DNA of 64,000 nucleotides from Schleiferiaceae bacterium (lineage in GTDB: Bacteria; Bacteroidota; Bacteroidia; Flavobacteriales; Schleiferiaceae): the NCBI GenBank assembly GCA_030829675.1, contig JAURAE010000001.1, forward strand, positions 16,516 to 80,515. Reading direction: 5' to 3'. The stretch's first letter is position 1, and each line of letters starts with the position of its first letter. Below the pieces are notes generated by a model. That model worked only from the letters and a program-made list of their open reading frames with translations, made no database searches and was not told the origin of the DNA. The translations under genes were made by a program, and so were the position numbers. This document shows, piece by piece, positions 34,579-42,758 of this stretch.

Positions 34579-35475
34579 ATGATGTCCCCTAATACACTTT
34601 CCACATCCGTAGAGACTTCCTTTGTCAAGGAGGTAATTCGCCTTGGCAAACTTCGCTTGAGTACGTCGGTAGTGTTTTCTTCGGTGGCTGGGTATATACT
34701 TGGTTTTACCACATTTAATTGGACTCACTTTATCCTCCTAATCATAGGTGGAATCACAGTAGTGGCAGCTTCGAATGCGTTGAACCAGATGTATGAGAAG
34801 GATCGCGATGCGTTGATGAATCGCACGAAGAATCGACCTTTACCATTGGGTACTTTGAGTATGCGTCAGGCTTGGATAGTTTCATTGGTGTTGTTATTGG
34901 TTGGCCTCACTGCTCTGTACTATATCAATCCCATGACTTCTTATTTTGGAGCACTAAGTGTTGTGCTTTACGCCGTGGTTTATACGCCATTGAAGGCGCG
35001 AACGCCTATGGCGGTTTTCGTCGGGGCCTTCCCGGGAGCTATACCATATATGCTCGGTTGGGTTGCGGCTCGAAATGATTTTGATATTGAAACGGGTACA
35101 CTTTTCGCACAACAGTTTTTCTGGCAATTCCCGCATTTCTGGGCAATCGCTTGGTTCTCATACGATGATTACGCCAAGGCAGGCTATTACCTACTTCCTT
35201 CACGTCACAAGGACCGTAGTTCGCAATTGTTTATCATAGTCTATACCCTTTGGATGATCGCTGTAGGGATATTGCCGGCCTTTGGTATTACCGGTGAATT
35301 GACCTTGTCGCCGGTAGGTGCGGTTTTGGTCGGCTCGCTTGGACTTTGGGTGTTGCGTCAAGCATTTCTCCTGCTGAATGAAGCAGAAGATAAGGTAGCT
35401 CGAAAACTAATGTTCAGTAGCATTGGTTATCTCACTGGAATGCAGATCATTTATATCATTGACCGATTTATTTAA
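34579..35475 (+). CDS. cyoE: Protohaem IX farnesyltransferase (haem O synthase)
   Basis: UbiA-superfamily membrane protein. NQMYEKDRDALMNRTKNRPLP Asp-rich motif typical of CyoE/CtaB. Start set to the first ATG (the track start 34570 is TTG). Confidence 0.88.
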   Translation: MMSPNTLSTSVETSFVKEVIRLGKLRLSTSVVFSSVAGYILGFTTFNWTHFILLIIGGITVVAASNALNQMYEKDRDALMNRTKNRPLPLGTLSMRQAWIVSLVLLLVGLTALYYINPMTSYFGALSVVLYAVVYTPLKARTPMAVFVGAFPGAIPYMLGWVAARNDFDIETGTLFAQQFFWQFPHFWAIAWFSYDDYAKAGYYLLPSRHKDRSSQLFIIVYTLWMIAVGILPAFGITGELTLSPVGAVLVGSLGLWVLRQAFLLLNEAEDKVARKLMFSSIGYLTGMQIIYIIDRFI

Positions 35476-36053
35476 TGGAAACGCTTCAACAACAAAGAAA
35501 AAGAGCTTCTAAGCCGCTATTGTGGATAGGTATTGGTAGCATTATTATGGCCTTCGCCGGCATGACCTCAGGATATGTCGTAAGCCGAACCACTCTGGTG
35601 GCTAATGAGCAATGGATCACCTTCGCGTTGCCGCCAGCTTTTGTGTATAGCACCATCGTGATGCTATTATCATCGGCTATTTTTTGGTGGGGTAAGCGTG
35701 CATTCAGCAAGGGTAATGTAAAAATCTTGACGCCAACTTTAGGGGCAGTATTGATTTTAGGTCTCCTTTTTATGTGGTTACAAGCAGAGGCTTGGGGCCA
35801 ATTAATGGCTGAGAATATCATTTTTGCAGGGGCTCAATCGCATCCATCTGGCTCTTGGGTCTATGCTATTTTCCTCTTCCACGCAGTACACGTTTTGGGA
35901 GGAATTGTGGCTTTGATTAGAACACTTATTCGCTCATTAATAGGTCGTTATACTGTAGAGGATTACCACGGTGTCGACCTCACTGCTATTTATTGGCATT
36001 TTGTGGACCTATTGTGGGTGTATTTGTATGTCTTTTTAAGCGTTATGCGTTAA
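35475..36053 (+). CDS. Cytochrome c oxidase subunit III family protein (short paralog)
   Basis: 192 aa with about 5 TM helices. C-terminal YWHFVDLLWVYLYVF signature. Start shares 1 nt with the cyoE stop. Confidence 0.8.
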   Translation: METLQQQRKRASKPLLWIGIGSIIMAFAGMTSGYVVSRTTLVANEQWITFALPPAFVYSTIVMLLSSAIFWWGKRAFSKGNVKILTPTLGAVLILGLLFMWLQAEAWGQLMAENIIFAGAQSHPSGSWVYAIFLFHAVHVLGGIVALIRTLIRSLIGRYTVEDYHGVDLTAIYWHFVDLLWVYLYVFLSVMR

Positions 36054-36082
36054 ATTTGCTCAAACTTTGAAAACTATCCGTT

Positions 36083-37000
36083 ATGGCTTCGACCGCTGAA
36101 ATGAAGGAAGAAAACCACTGGGGCGGTGCCTCTAGACCTCTAGGCGCTCGCTATGGAAAACTAATGATGTGGTTTTTCTTGCTTTCTGATGCATTAACCT
36201 TCTCAGGATTCTTGACTGCTTATGGTTTAATGCGTTTCAAGTATGAAAAGACTTGGCCTATCGCTGAGAACGTGTTCACACACTTCCCAGGTATAGAAGG
36301 CGACCAACCATTGCTTTATGTTGCATTAATGACATTCATTTTGATTATGTCATCTGTAACCATGGTATTGGCAGTAAATGCTGGAGAGAAAATGAACCGC
36401 GGCGCGGTAACGAACTGGATGCTTTTGACCATCATCGGGGGTCTGATCTTCGTAGGTTCTCAAGCTTGGGAATGGTACCACTTTATTTCAGGTGATACCG
36501 GAGCAATTGAAACAGATCATGCAGAAATTTTGCACGTCTACAATGAAGAAGGCGAGCGCTTGAGCTTCAGCCAACTAGTACATGGCATGGAAAATGGCCA
36601 CGCGAGCAATCATGGTGAAACTTTCACTAAGGAAGAGGTGTTGAGCGCACTGAAAGCCAATACTACGTACTACTTACAAGAGCCAGGAAAGGCGGGTGAG
36701 AAATTTGACCATGTCGCTTCTGTAAACTTCTTGGAGCAAGGCGATATCGTACAAGGTGCGAACATGACTCACAACGAGTACGGCCGCAAGCAGTTTGCGA
36801 ACTTCTTCTTCTTCATCACTGGTTTCCACGGATTCCACGTATTCTCTGGGGTAGTGATCAACTTTGTGATTTTCTACAACATCCTACTAGGAACCTACGA
36901 GCGTAGAGGACATTACCGCATGGTAGAGAAGGTTGGTTTGTACTGGCACTTCGTTGACCTTGTTTGGGTATTCGTATTTACATTCTTCTATCTCGTCTAA
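36083..37000 (+). CDS. coxC: Cytochrome c oxidase subunit III with a soluble insertion of about 100 aa
   Basis: FFITGFHGFHVFSGV and LYWHFVDLVWVFVFTFFY signatures. Residues about 135-238 are hydrophilic and sit between TM helices. Confidence 0.85.
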   Translation: MASTAEMKEENHWGGASRPLGARYGKLMMWFFLLSDALTFSGFLTAYGLMRFKYEKTWPIAENVFTHFPGIEGDQPLLYVALMTFILIMSSVTMVLAVNAGEKMNRGAVTNWMLLTIIGGLIFVGSQAWEWYHFISGDTGAIETDHAEILHVYNEEGERLSFSQLVHGMENGHASNHGETFTKEEVLSALKANTTYYLQEPGKAGEKFDHVASVNFLEQGDIVQGANMTHNEYGRKQFANFFFFITGFHGFHVFSGVVINFVIFYNILLGTYERRGHYRMVEKVGLYWHFVDLVWVFVFTFFYLV

Positions 37001-37011
37001 AACATACCGTC

Positions 37012-37320
37012 ATGGCAGAACACAATGGAACTTGGTGGATTTGGAAAGTATTCTGGATCCTTTTGATTGTCACTACTGTTGAAGTAGTGTTGGGTATTAT
37101 CAAGCCGGAATTCATGTTGACCCAGGTAGCTGGAACGTCAATCTTGAACTACGTCTTCATCATCCTTACCATTTTTAAAGCGGCATACATCGTTCAGGTG
37201 TTTATGCACGTGAAGTTTGAGAATAAGGCTATGAAGTACTCTTTGTACTTACCGACCTTGATTCTCATCCCGTATTTGACTTTTATCTTGCTCACTGAAG
37301 GTTCATACTTGTTTCAGTAA
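37012..37320 (+). CDS. Cytochrome c oxidase subunit IV family small membrane protein
   Basis: Start moved to ATG 37012 (MAEHNGTWWIWKVFWILL...). 102 aa with 3 TM helices. Position after the subunit III gene. Confidence 0.7.
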   Translation: MAEHNGTWWIWKVFWILLIVTTVEVVLGIIKPEFMLTQVAGTSILNYVFIILTIFKAAYIVQVFMHVKFENKAMKYSLYLPTLILIPYLTFILLTEGSYLFQ

Positions 37321-38039
37321 TGGCAAATAAATCCCTATTCAACCGGGCAGTACTAATCAGTGTATTAGTGCTGCCCGCGTTGCTTTATCTCTTTTTTGTG
37401 TACGGCCAGAGTGAGGTGTTTTTCCAAACCCTTGACTATGTAGGTCCGGAGGAAGTAGTGGAAGTAGATGGCACCTTTGATACGGTCGCCTATCGCATTC
37501 CAAATTTCGAGTTATACGATGTGGACAGCAATGTTGTGAGCCGCGCCTCGTTGGATTCCAACATCTATGTGTTGAGCTTTTTCTTTGCGACCTGTCCGAC
37601 CATCTGTCCTGCGATGAATTTCCATTTGAATGAAATTGAGAAAAGGTTCAAAGGGTATGACCAATTCAAATTAGTCAGCATCACCGTCGATCCTACAAAA
37701 GATACACCGGCGAAGCTCAAGCATTACCAGGAAGAGCGTAATTACAGCTCCTCCAAATGGACCTTCCTCACGGGGGATCAAGGGGCTATTTATGATTTGG
37801 CGAAAGGAGTGTACCTGAATGCCTTCGAGGATCAAACGGCAGAGGGTGGATTTTTACATAGTACTAGCGCTATATTGGTGGACTGGGACGGACACATTAG
37901 AAGCCGTATGGATGATCTTGGGAACATTGTAGGTTCTTATGATGTTTTAGAGGTAACCCAACTCAATCACCTAGAAGACGACATTAAAGTATTAATCGCG
38001 GAATACGAGCGCGATAAACACAACGCAAAAGATGAGTAA
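37320..38039 (+). CDS. SCO1/SenC copper chaperone (thioredoxin fold)
   Basis: N-terminal anchor and CPTICP (CxxxC) copper-binding motif. Start shares 1 nt with the preceding stop. Confidence 0.88.
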   Translation: MANKSLFNRAVLISVLVLPALLYLFFVYGQSEVFFQTLDYVGPEEVVEVDGTFDTVAYRIPNFELYDVDSNVVSRASLDSNIYVLSFFFATCPTICPAMNFHLNEIEKRFKGYDQFKLVSITVDPTKDTPAKLKHYQEERNYSSSKWTFLTGDQGAIYDLAKGVYLNAFEDQTAEGGFLHSTSAILVDWDGHIRSRMDDLGNIVGSYDVLEVTQLNHLEDDIKVLIAEYERDKHNAKDE

Positions 38040-38580
38040 TACGAACTCGGAAAAAACAATCATGAGAACCATCACTATTGTGAGTGTTCTTATCCCTGTG
38101 GCTGTAGCATTATTGATGATCATGCCGGCTTCTTGGAAGGCTGCCATGGGTATTGAAGAAAATAGCCAACTCAGCAGCTTGCCATTATTCCATGCGGTAT
38201 TGAACGGGAGCACCTTTGTGTTATTGGTTTTTGCGGGTATCGCAATCAAAAACAAAAAGATCGGTATTCATCGCACGTTCATGCTATCGGCATTTGTATT
38301 GAGCAGCGTCTTTTTGATTTCCTATGTTATTTACCACATGACACATGAAAGTGCTCGTTTTGGAGGTGAAGGTGCCATTCGCATGGTGTATTTCTTCATC
38401 TTAATCTCGCACATCATTTTGAGTGTACCCGTCATTCCATTGGCGTTGCTCAGCATCTACCGCGGATGGACGAATAATATTGAGCGCCACAAGAAGGTGG
38501 TGAAATTCGCATATCCGGTGTGGTTGTACGTAGCCTCGACTGGTGTAATGGTGTATCTATTCATGCAACCCTATTATTGA
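38032..38580 (+). CDS. DUF420 (CtaM-like) membrane protein
   Basis: 182 aa with 4-5 TM helices. Pattern AVLNGSTFVLL...IKNKKIGIHRTFMLSAF...YVIYH typical of DUF420. 8-nt overlap with the SCO1 gene. Confidence 0.75.
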   Translation: MSNTNSEKTIMRTITIVSVLIPVAVALLMIMPASWKAAMGIEENSQLSSLPLFHAVLNGSTFVLLVFAGIAIKNKKIGIHRTFMLSAFVLSSVFLISYVIYHMTHESARFGGEGAIRMVYFFILISHIILSVPVIPLALLSIYRGWTNNIERHKKVVKFAYPVWLYVASTGVMVYLFMQPYY

Positions 38581-38795
38581 TGCGCAAACTACCCCTAATT
38601 CTACTTTTTCTTCTAGCCATCCCTTTTGTTGCGGATGCACAGTGCAGCATGTGTAAAGCAGTGGCAGAATCTGCAAATGATGGTGGTTTTGGGGCTGGAT
38701 TGAACTATGGAATCATGTATTTAATGTTGTTTCCATATTTGATTATCAGCGGCATTGCGTACCGCTTATACCGCGCTAAAAAAGCCGCTAAATAG
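38580..38795 (+). CDS. Small exported CxxC protein with C-terminal TM anchor, unknown function
   Basis: 71 aa: MRKLPLILLFLLAIPFVADAQ (signal), then CSMCKAVAESANDGGFGAGLNYG, a TM helix IMYLMLFPYLIISGIAY, and the basic tail RLYRAKKAAK. The ATG overlaps the DUF420 stop (TGATG). Confidence 0.55.
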   Translation: MRKLPLILLFLLAIPFVADAQCSMCKAVAESANDGGFGAGLNYGIMYLMLFPYLIISGIAYRLYRAKKAAK

Positions 38796-38827
38796 GTCGT
38801 ATCTTCGGGTAGACCGCCAACCCTTAG

Positions 38828-40261
38828 ATGATGAAAAAAATCCTAATTCTCACTTTCCTGGTTTGTGCCATTCCAATGAGTGCGCAACAAGTTTGGTCCC
38901 TAAGTGCTTGTATTAAGCATGCGGAGGCCAATAATTTGGACATTCAAAGAGGAAAGAACAATATGTTGCTCGCTGGGATCAATGAAGACCAAAGCAAATT
39001 GGCCTTTTTGCCCACCCTAAATCTCAACGGAGGGTATTACTGGAATTTCGGTTTGACCATCGATCCTATTACGAACACGCGTCAGCCAGGGTCTCGTCAG
39101 ACGTTGGGTTCGACGGCATCGAGTAATTGGACCCTGTTTAACGGGGGAAGGAATTTGTACCAACTCCAGCAAGCACGTATGAACGCCACGGCGGCGATGT
39201 ACCAGCAAATGGAATTGGCCAATAATGTGTACCTGAACATTGCCTCATCTTACCTGCAGATTCTGGTGAACCAGCAGCTGCTTGAGGTGGCGGACGGTCA
39301 GCTAAAAGCTTCGGCTCAAAGTTTGAAGCGCACGGAAATCCTTTTCGAGAATGGCGCTATCTCAAAGGACAACTACCTACAAAGCCTTGCCCAGGTTAGA
39401 ACCGATGAAGGGAATAAAATCAGTGCAGAGAATGCATTGTTGTTGAGTAAGTTGATGTTGTACCAGATGTTACAATTGGACACACCTTTTGAAGAGTTCG
39501 ATATCCTCGTACCTGAAGTGGACCTTACCGCTGCGGCGATGGCCGGCTATCAACGCGAGGAGCTTTTGGAAAGCGCAGTGGAGAAGCAGCCTTCGGTTCA
39601 AATGGCAACCTCCAATGTGAGCAGTGCCAACTATGGGGTTAAGCTCGCCCAAAGTGCACGTGTACCTTCGGTAGCGTTTTCGGCGCAGTTGAATTCCAAC
39701 TACGTTCAGGGATTGCCCTATTTCACTGAGTACTACACCTTGACGACCTATACCTTGGTCGAAAATCCATTGACAGGGTCCATCGATCAGGTACCGCAAG
39801 AAATCAATGTCCCGAACCCAAACAGTCAAACGGCTTATACGGTGGCAAATCAGCTCTTAGACAACCGCAACCAATTCCTCGGAGTCGGGGTGCAGATACC
39901 GTTGTTTAATGGCGGACAAACGCACAGTGCGGTGCAGCGCGCCAAAATACAATTGGACAATGCCCTCATCGATCAAACTCAAGCAGAGCTGAACGTTCGT
40001 CAAACTATTGAGCGTGCCTATCTGGATGCCAAGGGTGCCCTCGCCATCTTTGAGGCTTCGAAGATTTCTGCGGAAGCCTCCGCGGAAGCCTTGGAGAACG
40101 CTGAGGTGAACTTTGAAACCGGTACCATCAGCGCTTTTGATTTTAGTTTGAGTAAAAACCAATTCCTTGCTGCAAAGAGCCGTGAGATTCAATCAAAGTT
40201 CGATTACTTATTCAAGGTTAAAGTCCTTGAATTCTACTTGTTCAATCAAATCACCTTATAA
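38828..40261 (+). CDS. TolC-family outer-membrane efflux protein
   Basis: Signal peptide ...CAIPMSAQQ. 477 aa with a two-repeat coiled-coil/barrel pattern typical of TolC/OMF proteins. Confidence 0.85.
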   Translation: MMKKILILTFLVCAIPMSAQQVWSLSACIKHAEANNLDIQRGKNNMLLAGINEDQSKLAFLPTLNLNGGYYWNFGLTIDPITNTRQPGSRQTLGSTASSNWTLFNGGRNLYQLQQARMNATAAMYQQMELANNVYLNIASSYLQILVNQQLLEVADGQLKASAQSLKRTEILFENGAISKDNYLQSLAQVRTDEGNKISAENALLLSKLMLYQMLQLDTPFEEFDILVPEVDLTAAAMAGYQREELLESAVEKQPSVQMATSNVSSANYGVKLAQSARVPSVAFSAQLNSNYVQGLPYFTEYYTLTTYTLVENPLTGSIDQVPQEINVPNPNSQTAYTVANQLLDNRNQFLGVGVQIPLFNGGQTHSAVQRAKIQLDNALIDQTQAELNVRQTIERAYLDAKGALAIFEASKISAEASAEALENAEVNFETGTISAFDFSLSKNQFLAAKSREIQSKFDYLFKVKVLEFYLFNQITL

Positions 40262-40270
40262 TTCCAGCTC

Positions 40271-41518
40271 ATGAAAATCAACTATAAAATTTGGGTTCCT
40301 GTTGCGGTCGTGTTGATCGGAGGATTGATCCTAGCCAAGAAAAAAGGTTGGATGGGTGAAAACAATAACGCCGTTGAAGTTGAAATAGGCTATGCACATA
40401 AACGCATGGTAGTGGAAACGGTGACGGCCAGCGGAAAGATTCAGCCGGAAGTCGAGGTGAAAATGAGCCCCGAGGTGAGCGGTGAAATCATTGAGGTCAA
40501 TGTGGTGGAAGGTCAACAAGTTGAAGAAGGGGATATGCTGGTTCGCATCAATCCTGATATCTATGAAAGCGCCATTACCCGTGCGCGTGCTGCTGTCAAT
40601 AGCGCGAAATCTGCCTTGGCGCAGAGCCGCGCCGCACTCCTAGAAGCAGAGAAGTTGTGGAAGCGCAACCAGATTCTATTCGAAAAAGGCGCCATTTCAG
40701 AACAGGAATTTGATGCGGCACAGCGCGCCATCTCAATCAGCGAGTTGCAGGAAGAAGCATCGCGTTACCAGTTGCAGAGTGCTGAGGCGAATTTGGACGA
40801 AGCGTACAAGAATTTAAAACGTACGACCATTGTCGCGCCTATTACAGGTACGGTAAGCCAATTAGATGTTGAATTGGGCGAGCGCGTGGTTGGAACAGCG
40901 ACCATGACAGGTACGGAGATGCTTCGCATTGCCAACCTCAATGCTATGGAGGTGTTGGTCGAGGTCAATGAAAACGACATCGTTAAAGTGGCGATGGGCG
41001 ATACGACCAACATTGAGATTGACGCTTTCTTAGGAGAGACCTTCCGCGGGGTGGTCAGCGAGATTGCCAACAGTGCTAAGCTCGCCCTCGGTGCATCCGC
41101 GGACCAAGTCACAAACTTCGAAGTGAAGATTCGCGTGCTTAATGAATCGTATGAAGGATTGAAAGCCCAATACGGTTCACATCCATTCCGCCCGGGAATG
41201 ACGGCAACGGTAGATATTATCACCAACAAAGTCAAAGATGCTTTGGTCGTGCCAATCCAAGCCGTAGGCGTGCGCAAGGACACCACGGAAAAGGCCCGAA
41301 TGATCGATGAGGCGATGACGGATGCCAACGAGAAATTCGAAGTGGTTTTCTTACCAGAAGGCACGAAGGCCGGTTTGAAGGTGATCAAAAGCGGTATTCA
41401 AGACGACGAGTACATTATGGTGAGCGGCTTGAAGGATTCTACTAAAATCATCACCGGTCCATATAGTGCCGTGAGCAAGAACCTGCTCAAGGGCGCCAGC
41501 ATCAAAGAAAAAAAATAA
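40271..41518 (+). CDS. HlyD/MacA-type periplasmic adaptor (membrane fusion protein)
   Basis: N-terminal anchor, lipoyl-like hairpin (GDMLVRINPD ... ITGTVSQLDVELGERV), coiled-coil segment and beta-barrel C-terminal part. Confidence 0.85.
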   Translation: MKINYKIWVPVAVVLIGGLILAKKKGWMGENNNAVEVEIGYAHKRMVVETVTASGKIQPEVEVKMSPEVSGEIIEVNVVEGQQVEEGDMLVRINPDIYESAITRARAAVNSAKSALAQSRAALLEAEKLWKRNQILFEKGAISEQEFDAAQRAISISELQEEASRYQLQSAEANLDEAYKNLKRTTIVAPITGTVSQLDVELGERVVGTATMTGTEMLRIANLNAMEVLVEVNENDIVKVAMGDTTNIEIDAFLGETFRGVVSEIANSAKLALGASADQVTNFEVKIRVLNESYEGLKAQYGSHPFRPGMTATVDIITNKVKDALVVPIQAVGVRKDTTEKARMIDEAMTDANEKFEVVFLPEGTKAGLKVIKSGIQDDEYIMVSGLKDSTKIITGPYSAVSKNLLKGASIKEKK

Positions 41519-41522
41519 ACAT

Positions 41523-42197
41523 ATGCTCCTCGGCATTGAGACATCGACTAAAAACTGCAGTATTGCGCTGTTCAAAGACGGCGTGCAGCTTGGTGCCCAC
41601 GATGAGCGAGGCGATAGATTCGTGCACGGCGAACGTTTGCATGTAATGATTCAGGAGCTGTTGCATGAGCACGGCGCCATCCCAAAAGACCTATCGGGCA
41701 TTATCGTCGGTGAAGGCCCAGGCTCCTACACCGGGTTGAGAATAGGAACCAGTACAGCCAAGGGATTGGCCTTTGCGTTGAACATTCCTATGTACGCCGT
41801 TCCTACCCTTGCATGTTTCGATTTCAGCTCTTTTGAGTCCAATTATTGTATCTCAGTCCTAGACGCCCGACGAGATGAAGTCTTTGCCCAAGTATGGCAT
41901 AAGGCTTCAAGAGGGTTCGAGGCCAGTGGCCCTATTGAAGCGGTCATTGTCGATGCACAGTCCTGGGATCACTTGCGCGGGGAAAGTGTTACGGTAATTG
42001 GCGATTGCGCCGAGAAAATGGCGGAACTATTATCGCCTTTGCCAGCGCATTGGACCATTGTACCTACGGCATTTCCATCGGCAAGTGCGATGCATACCTT
42101 TCTAGGGCCAAATCTTGCGCCCGTCGATACTGCTTATTTCGAGCCTTTCTATTTGAAGGACTTCGTCGCGGAAAAATCGAAAAAGAAATACTTGTAA
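41523..42197 (+). CDS. tsaB: tRNA t6A37 biosynthesis protein TsaB
   Basis: MLLGIETSTKNCSIALF... and GEGPGSYTGLRIGTSTAKGLA motifs. Confidence 0.88.
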   Translation: MLLGIETSTKNCSIALFKDGVQLGAHDERGDRFVHGERLHVMIQELLHEHGAIPKDLSGIIVGEGPGSYTGLRIGTSTAKGLAFALNIPMYAVPTLACFDFSSFESNYCISVLDARRDEVFAQVWHKASRGFEASGPIEAVIVDAQSWDHLRGESVTVIGDCAEKMAELLSPLPAHWTIVPTAFPSASAMHTFLGPNLAPVDTAYFEPFYLKDFVAEKSKKKYL

Positions 42198-42758
42198 TTA
42201 CCGAGCGGGGCAGTGGAGCAGGTGGTCGTTCACCATGCCCGTTGCTTGCATGTGGGCATATACCACCGTGGGTCCTACAAACTTAAACCCGAGCTTTTTC
42301 AAATCCTTGGAAATCTGTTCTGCCAGCGGTGTGCTCGCGGGCAATTCCTTCAAGCTTTGCCATTGGTTGCAAATGGGCTCGCCATTTACATAGTCCCAAA
42401 AGAAGTCTACCAAGGTGGTGCCACACTCGTGCATGCGCTGTACACATTGTGCATTGTGCACGGCTGCCCGGATCTTGGCTTGATTTCGGATAATCGCGGG
42501 GTTTTGCAGTGCGGCTTGAATATCATCTTCGTTCATAGCGGCGACTCGGTCCACCTCAAAGCCATGGAACACTTCTCGGAACGATTCACGCTTGCGCAAC
42601 ACCGTAATCCAACTCAAGCCGGCTTGAAAGGTCTCCAAGAGCAAGAATTCAAACATTTGTTGTTCGTCGCGTAGGGGTTTGCCCCATTCCTGGTCATGGT
42701 AGCGCTCGTACAATTCGCTGCCCAAGCACCATCCGCACTTGCCCTCTAGCCCTTCCAT
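42198..42758 (-). CDS. tag: DNA-3-methyladenine glycosylase I
   Basis: Start moved to MEGLEGKCGWCLGSELYERYHDQEWGKP. 186 aa. The stop abuts the convergent tsaB stop with 0 nt spacing. Confidence 0.9.
   Translation of the reverse strand: MEGLEGKCGWCLGSELYERYHDQEWGKPLRDEQQMFEFLLLETFQAGLSWITVLRKRESFREVFHGFEVDRVAAMNEDDIQAALQNPAIIRNQAKIRAAVHNAQCVQRMHECGTTLVDFFWDYVNGEPICNQWQSLKELPASTPLAEQISKDLKKLGFKFVGPTVVYAHMQATGMVNDHLLHCPAR

Noticed and set aside
36051-36058. A TAaaTTTG box overlaps the stop codon of the first subunit III gene and could be an internal promoter for the second subunit III gene.
   Set aside because: It is an exact motif match 24 nt upstream of ATG 36083. However, it lies inside a tightly packed operon and partly within coding sequence, so I did not list it as a feature without TSS data.
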